DNA of 64,000 bases from Gracilinanus agilis (taxonomy: Eukaryota), in the NCBI RefSeq assembly GCF_016433145.1, contig NC_058133.1:267296898-267360897 (forward strand), in the 5' to 3' direction. A program made the translations under genes and the position numbers. The first letter of the stretch is position 1; each line of letters begins with the position of its first letter. Below are positions 54,072 to 64,000 of this stretch, in pieces. The notes beneath the pieces were generated by a model. That model was given only the letters and a program-made list of their open reading frames with translations. It made no database searches and was not told the origin of the DNA.

Positions 54072-54540
54072 ATTCAATGTGACTGCCTGCAGCCACAAAT
54101 TGATATATTCCTGAGTGGACGCCTGAGAAGGAAAGCTAGAAACTGAGGGAAAATGGGTGAAGGAGAAAGAGAGAGAGAGAATACAATAAAGGAAGAAAGA
54201 CTCAGAGACAAAGGCTTCAAGAACATGGGATCCAGCATGCGTGCTCCTCTGATGGTGGAAGAGAGCTACATGTGTCCCCAATCTTTTATTGGAGAATCAA
54301 GGAATGGGGAATGGGAGGTAGTTAATGATCATGTGATATGGCATATGATTTGACATTGGCTCAATTGACAACCATAAGGTCAAAGAGAAGGAGGTTAATC
54401 AAACATGTGACCTGGTAGGGAATCTGGTCTGTCAGGGTAGGAGCTAGGACCCTGTAGCAGCTAATGTCCTACCCAGGAATTCTCCTGACCTTTGGACTGT
54501 AGTTTTGGAGAGTGGTCAGAATTAATAGAGTATCAATTCA
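54072..54540. mobile_element. Probable degenerate solo LTR
   Basis: TG...CA bounded, higher-GC block unlike the flanks; no TSD resolved. Confidence 0.35.
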
Positions 54541-54722
54541 ATACAATGATCAAGAAATAATATGACCATGAGTCTGGTACATGAGCAAAAAGGTTACAAT
54601 ATTAATATATCAATAATACTTTCAAGATTAGAATATATCTGGGATACCACATTCACTGAAACAGAAAGTACTAATATTTTCTAAAGTTAATTTTATTTCT
54701 GTAGAAAGTATTGAATACTTAC

Positions 54723-54907
54723 CGAAAATAGTGACACCTGGCAGCTAGAATCACTCTGTGGGCAGGAAAACGTGTCTTTTCCACTATAAATGTGACATCG
54801 CCATATTCTTCCCCATTTAACAAGGCACCAATATTTTCTGACAAGATGTGCACATGGTCAATTTCTCCCACAGCAGTGTAGGGGCGGAGTGGGTGGTTGT
54901 TGCTCAT
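54723..54907 (-). CDS. BTBD9: BTBD9 first coding exon, 185 nt CDS (MSNNHPLRPY...AARCHYFR), start of BTB domain
   Basis: Translation matches the known BTBD9 N-terminus; AAAATGA start; donor CG|GTAAGT at 54723/54722. Confidence 0.98.
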
Positions 54908-54934
54908 TTTGTAGAATAGATAGTATTCACTGAT
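54908..54934 (-). other. BTBD9: BTBD9 5' UTR part of the first coding exon (27 nt)
   Basis: Acceptor TAAAATAG| at 54935; 27 nt upstream of ATG agrees with my recollection of the human exon start (c.-27). Confidence 0.75.
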
Positions 54935-57489
54935 CTATTTTATAAAGAATAGATAAAAATTAATATTTTGAATTCCACTCTAAAAACAACACATCTAAGT
55001 CACAAATATAGAACTTTTTCTCATAGATTATATGAATGAAAGATTTCACATTCAATCAAATGCCAAAAATTCATTAATTCTGCAAATCAACTCAGTTTTG
55101 CCTCTGAAAGGTGGTCCATTAGTTCTGATTTAGAACAATTTCAACAACTTTGCAAACTTTAAGCACCTGCTATGTGCTATATATGAAAGTAGGACTAGAT
55201 ATACAAAAAGAGAAATACACCTTGTATTAAATATATTTACCAACTAGAATAGGGAATAATTACACAAACTAGAATGATAAGCACATAGGAAATCTATCAC
55301 CAAGCATTTAAAATTTTATTATGTCAACTACATGCCAAGTGCTATGCTAGGTACTGAGTATACAAATATATAAAAGAACTCATTCTTCACTTCAAGAGCT
55401 TATATACATAAAAGGAAATAAATGTATATAAAAAGAAGCACATTTTAAAATATATGGATTAATTCACAGTAGAAGGTACTAGCATCTGAAAACAGAAAAG
55501 ACCTCAGGTAAGACAAAACATAAACATAAGCTGAGTTGAGATGGAAATGAGGTATTCTAAGTGGCACATGGAGAAAAAGTATTCCAGACACTGAATACAG
55601 TCAGTACAACAACACAAGACAGGAGATAAAGAAAAGAAAGAAGTCCATTTTAACAGGACTCTTCAAATATCTCTCTTCCCGTCTTGCTGCACTCATTTTG
55701 TACTTCTCTGGCTTCTCCATCATGGTTCCCATAAACTCATCAAAAGGAAATCATATCATCTAGCAAGATCCAATCAACCTAGTTACTCACACCCCATGAG
55801 TACCCTCTAATCCTCTGATCATAAGAAGAGTCATAAACTCTTCTATTTAAGAAGAGGAACAGGACTGACATCTTGGACATCTCATTTCCTACCTGGCTGA
55901 ACTAATTTTGAACTTTTTTGGCTGGCTTCTCCACCATGCTGGATACCCATCTTCTCCCAGACTCATTTCAACTTTCTTTTGTGTATTCTTTCCCCTCACT
56001 AGGTAGACTATCTTTTACATATTTGTATCACCAGCACTTAATATAATACCTGACACATCCAAAGGCATTTGTTTACTGAATACTGACTGACAAGTACAGG
56101 AAAGAGAAAAATGCATTATAAAGCTGGAAAAGTAGACTACAATAAGGTTTTAAAGGGCTTTAAATGCCTAGGTCTTACATTTTATTCTAGAGATTAACAG
56201 GAGTCACTGAAGATTCTGATTAGATCTGTACTTTAGGAATATCACTTTAGCAACTCTTTATAGGATGGATTGAAAAAGGGAAAAACTTGAGTCAGGGGGA
56301 CTAATTTGGAAGCTACTGATTAGTCCAGGTAAGAGTTAGTGGGAGTTAGAAGCACTTTCCATAGTTATGTGAGTGGAAAAGAGACTGGTATGAGATTGTT
56401 GGGAATAAAAAAAGGACAACATTTGGCAAATATTGTAGGGCCCCCTTAAAGTATAAATATTTTGATTCATTTTATAGTGTCTGGTTGGTGGTTTCTAAAA
56501 CCCTTATGAGGTATAGAAGGATATATTTACTTCTTATAAGTTTGAAACTACAAATATTATCCTTCCTCACTGGGAAATATAAAATGATACTGCTTGCTAC
56601 AAAATAGCTATATGCCACACATAACTACAAATAATAAGGCCTTTTTCTCCTCTTATGATCTTGGTGCACTGGAAGTATAAGCAAAAAACATCTGCAAAAA
56701 GCTTTTGATCTTCACTTTACTAGAACAATCCAAGGCTGCCTTTAGCTGGCACTGGTCGGGCAATTTAAAGTAAAATTCTCTGGGAAGCATCAAGGCAATG
56801 TTGACCAACTACTGTACCCTTATAAGCCAATGTAACATTAATTGCTTTTTGCTTTCTTTTGTTTTTATCCCTGAATCTAGCCAATAAATTTTTCCCAACT
56901 AGATCTTCATACCTGGGCCTAAATAATTCCATAGCTTCTGAGATCACAATTAAGTCTCTCCAACATCCACCTATCTGGCCAACCTTCAATAAATTAGGAA
57001 ACATTCCTATACCACATTCTCATCCTACTCTAATTATTATGCTTAAATTAAAAAATTAAAGACCCCAAAGATTAGATCTGAAGAAGAGGTCTTAGATAGC
57101 GTCTTGTTTCTACCAGTCACCATCCTGGAACTGTCTCTTCTTCCCAAAATACAACAAAAGGAGTAAGCATCTCCAACAAATATCAGACTATGGGACTTTT
57201 CCTTAAAAAAAAAAAAATGGAAATCTTGGAAGCTATCTTCAGAGCTGCCACACAACTATCCCAATTAAAAGTAGATATGGGTACCTGCATCATCTGTCCT
57301 CCTGTCTCTAACCAGATAGAAAGAATATCCTTTAATAAATCTCTTTTGAATGCATAAGTCTTCTGTGTATGTTTCCTCCTTTTCCCCTTCCCCAGTGCAA
57401 ATGCTAGGGTTGCTATAAAATCACTTAGTTGATGAAGTTGAAATGGAAAGGAAAAACTGATCAAGTCTTGTTCTCATTTTTTAAAACTC

Positions 57490-57533
57490 TGAGAATTCAG
57501 ATAGCACTCATTGAGAATTCAGATAGCACTCAT
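57490..57533. repeat. Perfect 22-bp tandem duplication tgagaattcagatagcactcat
   Basis: Seen directly. Confidence 0.95.
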
Positions 57534-58469
57534 TCCAACTTCAAAAGTGAGTAGCAATAACTATAGGGTATAAGAGCAGAAGATGTAGAGGATAACTCCA
57601 AGTTTGCAAACCTGCATGACAAAGAATAATGGTGCTCAAAGATTGGAGGTCAGTTTGTGGGAGGCAGTGTTAGATGATGAGTTCTGTTTTAAATATGCTG
57701 AATTCAAGATGATAATGAGACATTCTGTTTGAAACAGTAAACATGCAGATAATGATGCAGTAGAGACTAGGGAAAGATCTTAATATCCAGGAGTCATCTG
57801 CACAAAGATAATCATGGAATCCATCTGTGCTGGAGTATCATCCACCAGAGGGCTCTCCCATGTAGGTTAGTTGAATTTTTTCCCTAAATGGTAAGGAAGT
57901 TGTTCCCAAAGGACATAAATTCCAAGCACAAAAGCTCAAGCCTTTGACCAAGTTTGCCCATCACCTAAGGGCATAAAAAGAGACAAGCCCACATTAAGTT
58001 CAACCTTGGCAATATCTCACTGCCATTAGTTACCCCACCCTGCTAACTAGTTTTTATCTGGAAAAGAATGAAGCTGTATCAATCTGAACACGTGTTGTAT
58101 CCTTGTTCAGCATCCTTTCCATGAACAATTACATAAAACTTTTGTGAACTGTTAGATGATCAATGAGTGGGTCATTTCACACCAATTCCAAATCTGAACT
58201 ACCAGATTAGTCAAGTATGATTTACAATACCATGGGAGCTGATAAGGTCATCAAGAAAGAATACAGACAGAGAAGAGGAGGGTTCAGGAGAAAAAGCTTG
58301 AGATATAACCACATTTAGGGGTAGAGCATAGATAAATAATTCAGCAAAGGAGATTGAGCACAAGTGAAGCAATCTAGACAGGTTTGAGAAAAACTAAGAG
58401 AGAGTATGGTGTCATAAAAATCCAGAAAGGAAAAAGTGTGCAGGAGGAAAAAGTGGCCAATAGCACCAA

Positions 58470-59185
58470 ATGTTATTGTTCTTTAGTCATTCTGGTTATG
58501 CCTGACTCTTCATGACTTCTTCTGGGGTTTTCTTGATCAAAATACTAGAGGGGTTTGTCATCTCCTCCAGCTCATTTTACAGAAATTGAAGCAAATGGGG
58601 TTAAGTGACTTGCCCATGGTCTCATAACTATTAAGTGTCTAAGGCCCAATTTAAATTCAGGAAGATTTGATTTCTTTGTTTAAATTTATTAATATTTTCC
58701 AAAGGTTATATGATTCATGTTCTCTCTCTCCCCTTTTCCCTCCCCCCTCCCAGCGTTGACAAGCAATTCCACTGAGTTATACATGTATCATTGTTCAAAA
58801 CCTATTTCCATATTAGTCATATTTGTAATAGAGTGATATTTTAAAACCAAAACCCCAATCATATACCCACCCAATCACATGATCAACCACGTTTTTCTTC
58901 TGCATTTCTACTCCCATAGTTTCTTCTCTGGATGTGGATAGTGTTCTTTCTCATAACTCCCTCAGAATTATCCTGGATCACTGCATTGCTACCAGTAGAA
59001 AAGTCTGTTACATTTGACTGTGCCACAATGTTTCACTTTCTATATACAATGTTCTCCTGGTTCTGCTCATTTTACTCTATATCAATTCATGGAGATCTTT
59101 CCAGTTCACATAGAAATCCTCCAGTTCAGAAGATGAGTTTTCTTGACTCTAGGTGCAGCACTCTATCCACTGAGCCACTAACTTC
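58470..59185 (-). mobile_element. Mar1 SINE split by a short L1 3' end (about 58670-59135)
   Basis: Mar1 text resumes after the L1 tail; flanks ttcaggaagat/ttcagaagat. Confidence 0.75.
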
Positions 59186-60559
59186 CCTCAACATCAAAAG
59201 TAACAGAAAAATAAAGGGCAAGAACTGAGAAAAGAGGCATAAGGTTTGTTAATTAAGTTAATTAGCAAATTTGGAAAGAACAATTTCAATTGAGGAATGA
59301 AGAGAGAAAGTGTAGGGATTTTTCCAGGCATTGGGCTATTAAATGGGTAAAGAAATATAGAGAACTTAAAGGGACAGTAGAGGCAAGCAAGCTTTTTTTT
59401 TGGCTGCTGTCGGAGAGTATGATAATCAACTGGGAAAGAATAAAGAAATGTCGCTGCATCAAAGGTACAGTTAACATTAGACAACATATTTGTAGCAGAT
59501 TTTGTTGTCATGGTTGACTGGCTTACTCCAAAACTAAAGTATATATGGACTTAGGGTACATGTGGAGGCTGGAGAATTCAAAATAATATTCTGAAAAAGA
59601 CTGCCTTTCAATTCATTTAGCTGACTCTTAAGTACATGGAGATTAGCAGTATAAAAGAAGGTTAGAGAAAAATTCTCAAGGATCTTGAATCCTAGACTAA
59701 AGTGTTTTTTGTTGTTGTTTTTTTAAATCCTATAAGCACTACAGAGCCATGTAACGGTTATGAATAGAGTAATGATCTGACCTAAAGATATTTTGTCAGT
59801 AGCCTGACGGAATCAACAAAAAAGGAGAGAGACCTATTAAAAGGAGATAAAATTGCTTAATTAAGAAGTAAAGAGGGCTTGAACTAGGTTAGTGGAAGTC
59901 AAAGGAGAAAGGAAGATGTGAGAAATGTGTTGACAGAATCACCAGCAACTAACTTAGAGGTGTTAAGGATAGGAGAAAAGTAATGGCAAAAGAAGGGAAG
60001 TAACATACACTGAAAAGAGCCTTGGGTTCAAATTAATTTTTCTGGTGCTTACTAACTCTGTAATATGAGACAAGTCACAAATTCCTTAGGCCTTAGTTTC
60101 CTATTCTTTAAAATGAAGGAGTTGAACTAGAGGACCTCAAAGGTCTTTATGATAAAAAATATTATGATACCGATCATAGATATGATTTTTTGTTGTTGTT
60201 TTTTATCCCAGGCAATTGAGTCAATATCATTAACAGAAATAGGAGAAAGAATAGAGTTTTAAGTGGAAAACAATGAAATTCAATCCAATTGGTTTTGGAC
60301 ATGTTGGAGTTTAAGGTGACAGCAGTTCATCCAAGAAGATATCTAGTAGATTAGAATTAAGGGAAAAGGCAAGGGGTAGAAATAGAGTTGGGAGTGATCC
60401 ATATAAAGGCAGTATTTCAAACTATGGGAATACACAAAATTCTCAAGTGACAAAATAGAGAGAAAAAAGGGGGAAAGTCCAAGGGCAGTCCTTGGGGGAA
60501 CATCCACATTTAGGGAATAGGAGAAAGAGAAATTCATGCATAGGTTGAGCCAATATATC

Positions 60560-62200
60560 AAACATGACAATTCTACCTAAATTAATCTACTTATTCAGTG
60601 CCATATAAATAAAAATACCAAAAGATTGCTTCACAGGATTAGGAAAAAAATAACAAAATCCAAACAAAGTAATATTCATATAGCAGACGGATGTAAACAA
60701 GATAGAGTAGCTAGGTTTTCAGTTTATATCCCAGATGATGATTATGTACATTTAGTGTTTGATACCCCTGTCTTTTATCCACTAGTTGATCCCATTTTAG
60801 GCAAAATGGATAAACTTGCATTCCCTGCATGGAGGTGCTACTGTAATCATAATTGGTAAGGAAAAAAGTGGAATGAAAGGGCCCTAAGCCATACTAGCTG
60901 TCAAACTAAGCACAAAGCAGTAATTATTTAAATAATTTGATACTGGTTAAAAAATAGGGAGACCAATAGAACAGATCAGGTACAAAAGACAACAAACCTC
61001 AGTATGTGATAAACCCAAAGACTACGGTTACTGAGGTAAAGGCTTCACTATTTGACAAAAACTACACAAGTTTTTACAGAAAACTGTATAACAATATGGC
61101 AGAAATTAGGTTCAGATCAACACTTCATATCATAAGCCAAAATAGGCTCCAAATGAATATATGACCTAGGTATTAAAAAACCACCTCAAAAAAGGAGGAA
61201 TGTTCAATTGTTTCAGTCATATCTGACCTTATTTGGATTTTCTGGACAAAAATGCTGGAGGGGTTTATCATTTCCTTTTCCAGCTCATTTTACAAATGAA
61301 GAAACTGAGACAAACAGGGTAAAGTAACTTGCCCAGTGTCATACTGCTAGCCAATTGAAAGATGAGTCTTCCTGCCTCCAAACTCTGTACCCTATAAAGT
61401 AAAAGTTCATGATCAAAGAAAGGATAAATTATAGAAAAATTTTAAAAAGAAAATATTGGCTACATGAAATTAAAGTTTTTGAACGAACAAATCCAATGTA
61501 GCTAACTTTAGAAGGGAAAGAGTTAACTAGGTAGGTGAGAAATCTTTGCAATAAATTTCCCTGATAAAATTCTTATTTCCAAAATCTATAAGGATTCAAA
61601 TCTGTGAGAACAAGAGCCATTCCCTAACTGATGAATGATCAATTATAAACAGGCAGTTTTATAAGGAAGAAAGCCATGCTATTTACAGCCAAATGAAAAA
61701 TGACCCATAACACAAGTTAATTAGAGAAATTAAAATTAATAGAAAATTCTACCTCACATCTATCAGACTGGCAAAACTGACAAAAACAGAAAAATGTCAA
61801 AAGTTGGAAGGACCATGGGGAAAAAACCAGACACATTGGTGAAGTTGTGAATTGGTAACAGTATTTGGAAATCAATTTTGAGCTATGCTCAAAAAGTTAT
61901 TAAACTCTAAATACACTTTGACTCAACAACATTATTTATTACTAGTGCATTACCCTCAATTCCTACCCTCAAAGAGATGAGAAAATATATTCAAAAATAT
62001 TTACAGAAGTTCTTTTTGTGGTAGCAACGAATTAGAAAATAAGTGAGCACCCATCAATTAGGAAATGAACGAATACATTTCAGTAAATGAATATAATGGA
62101 ATACTATTGTGCTAAATAATGAAAGAGATGGTTGCAGAGAACAGACAGATTATCCACCGCCATCTCTCTTTGCAGAGAAAACTAGAAAGACTTGCATATA
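60560..62200 (+). mobile_element. Old L1 ORF2 C-terminal fragment carrying the AKTIP patch and a Mar1 SINE (61195-61395)
   Basis: atgacaattctacctaaattaatctacttattcagtgcc... is homologous to the L1 at 3027. Confidence 0.85.
60669..60860 (+). pseudogene. AKTIP: Degenerate AKTIP (FTS) cDNA fragment embedded in an L1
   Basis: VIFI then GCKQDRVARFSVYIPD----DDYVHLVFDTPVFYPLVDPILGKMD-KLAFPAWRCYCNHNW aligns to recalled human AKTIP [61 protein letters not shown] (about 33/56 identities by hand). Confidence 0.85.
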
Positions 62201-63074
62201 GTAATGCAAGGTCCTTTAGTGTTTTAAAAGTGTGAATTGGCTGTTTTAAAATATGGACCTGTGATTTCATCTATTAAAGAAAATCCTTCTACTCATACAA
62301 AGAGGCAATTATCCTTCAGCTCCTAGTTTTAGAGTTACCTGGGAAACTAAGAGGTTAAATGACTTTCTCCTTGGTGACACAACCAGTTTGTGTCAGAGAT
62401 CGAACTTTTAAAAAATTAATTTTAAAAAATCTAATTTTTTTCTCCTTCCCACCTCCCTTCTCCCCTGAAAAAAACTTGTTTTTACAATAGTTTCTATAGC
62501 ATAAATTGTTCTTCTGGTTCTGCTCACTTTACATCAGTTTGTTCTTTTTAGACAGCTGAAGACTATTTTTCTAACATAAAGCTAGCCTAGTATATAATCA
62601 CCTCTTTGTACCACAACTGTGTTATGGTACCTGGCTATGGCTCCAAGATTTTATATGAAAATGTTTGCCACTGATGCTATTGCAGACATTCATTTGTTTT
62701 GGTTTATATACTTTTCGTGAATGTATAGATGTATTCTTGAGCCTAAGTTAAGTACATAAAATGCAGCCAGACTAAAACCCACCAAGTTAATGAATATTTA
62801 CACTACATAATAATGAAAATGAAAACATGAACCTAAACAAAAAACCTAAACAACTGAAACAAAAAAAAATTTATCAACCAAGCAAAAGTAGCATTAATAA
62901 TGTTAGAATGTACTTATAACATAATTTTTTCAAAATAGAAAAAAAAAAAGGATCTAAATTCATTCCCATTAAGATCTATCAGGCTGCTAGGGTTTATGAA
63001 CTTTACCAAAATAAAAACTGATATATTTTTAGAATCCAAATGCTTTCAGTTCTAACAGAAAATACTCAAATAGC

Positions 63075-63205
63075 AAAGTTCTCCAAGGTGGAGGTGCCAG
63101 TAAGTCCTTGAAAGATGCACAAAATTCCCCAAGGAAGCCATCTCTGCCCAGGCTATTTCCTGACTGAAGAGCCTTTATGGGGGAAAAGACCTTCTGCTCT
63201 TTAAT
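63075..63205 (-). mobile_element. Ancient L1/Tx1-type reverse transcriptase fragment
   Basis: IKEQKVFSPIKALQSGNSLGRDGFLGEFCASFKDLLAPP resembles the LINE RT motif [30 protein letters not shown]. Confidence 0.65.
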
Positions 63206-64000
63206 TGCAGAATATAAATGATCTTTCTCTAGAGGGAAGAGATGGCATTTACAAGCATATGGTTTTGCAATTTCTCTGCTCTTGTTACCCATGTGGTGTG
63301 TAATTTAAAGGAGTATTTCTGAAATTTTAAATTAATATCACTTGGGGAGATGAATGAAGTCCTGTCTGCATGTTAAACACGTATACCCAAAAAAAAAAAA
63401 TCACCTTCTGCTTTCCTCAGGGGAAAGACACCTCTCTGGCTCTGATCATATATACTCTATTTCTTGGCACACATAAGTTAAACAAGCAAGTATAAATTGT
63501 CCACATTGAAAAGTACGTAACCTTGATTCTAATAACCTATCCATCTAATTCCAAAATTTGCTGAGAAGTAATATCATAACTAGAGTAAAGTGATACCCAA
63601 AGTCCACTATCAGAATTCAGGAGGGCAGACTTAGGTCTTTCCAGATCATCATAACTGTTAAATGAAATTTTTCTCCATGGTGACCACATGAAGCTACAAG
63701 GGTAGTCTGACTAAAAGAGAGACCTATCAACCAGACTGCCTCCCTTCAGAAAAGAATGTTGAAAGCTTAAATATTTTAAATGCATTATATTATTCCAATA
63801 AATGAAATGCAAAAGGATGAAGTAGCTACTGTTGGTTCTTATAACCACCATAATTTTTCTTTTAATTGAAATATATACTTCTTTACCAAATAATTATATA
63901 TTTGTAAAGAAAAGTTTATAGATGTTAATTTTAAAATACTGGTAGAATTATATCTTAACATCTTGAGAGGACATAAAAATACCTTGACAGAACTATAAAA

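Larger units (their letters stand above)
55300..60510 (-). mobile_element. Cluster of L2 fragments (about 55300-55640, 56090-56450, 57530-57830, 58220-58470, 59210-60510) with MIR pieces
   Basis: Repeated antisense L2 hallmarks (gatgatgagttctgttttaaatatgctg; gagtttaaggtgacagcagttcatccaag). Confidence 0.65.
1..64000 (-). other. BTBD9: BTBD9 transcription unit (partial). 1-39361 is the start of the large intron after the 120-nt exon; 54935-64000 is inferred to be the first intron
   Basis: Five in-frame exons found. No further downstream BTBD9 exon (YIRIVGTHN...) is recognisable at 1-39361 and there is no CpG-island promoter at 55-64 kb, so both gene ends are inferred to lie outside the window. 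Confidence 0.85.

Noticed and set aside
54930-54936. Second AG 5 nt inside the first coding exon (TAG|ATCAG)
   Set aside because: It would change only the 5' UTR; no evidence of use
56765-57059. Overlapping ORFs with protein-like composition (LLKVGQIGGCWRDL...)
   Set aside because: No recognisable family, splice signals or repeat identity
30671-57533. Small tandem duplications (30671-30700, about 41058-41095, about 45646-45690, 52244-52288, 57490-57533)
   Set aside because: Ordinary replication-slippage products in intronic DNA; not spacer-containing arrays
1-64000. CRISPR arrays, operons, tRNA/rRNA/snRNA genes, CpG-island promoter
   Set aside because: This is vertebrate intronic DNA. I saw no repeat-spacer arrays or structural RNA genes; the only Pol III-like heads belong to SINEs, and no CpG island is present

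Overview
AT-rich, CpG-depleted marsupial genomic DNA. The SINE, L1, RTE and hAT content points to a didelphid opossum such as Monodelphis domestica. The window appears to lie wholly inside BTBD9 on the minus strand. Five coding exons (54907-54723, 50047-49684, 47833-47569, 41582-41363, 39481-39362; 185+364+265+220+120 = 1154 nt) join in one open frame with canonical AG/GT sites, encoding the BTB, BACK and first discoidin-like region. The non-coding first exon and all later exons are outside the window. The rest is intron filled with L1, L2, L3/CR1, RTE, MIR/Mar1, opossum SINE-1, solo LTRs and several hAT MITE families. Best observations: (1) a ~190-bp AKTIP mRNA fragment patched into an L1; (2) two locally templated 140-160 bp insertions flanked by short target duplications, one leaving exon 3 between ~99% identical direct repeats next to a hAT MITE; (3) a candidate 54-nt poison exon after the last coding exon here; (4) a non-mammalian-type L1/Tx1 reverse-transcriptase relic; (5) an in-frame ATG just upstream of the exon-3 acceptor. 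I see no evidence for a new multi-gene system. Repeat family names and reference-protein comparisons are from memory, and most repeat boundaries are approximate.
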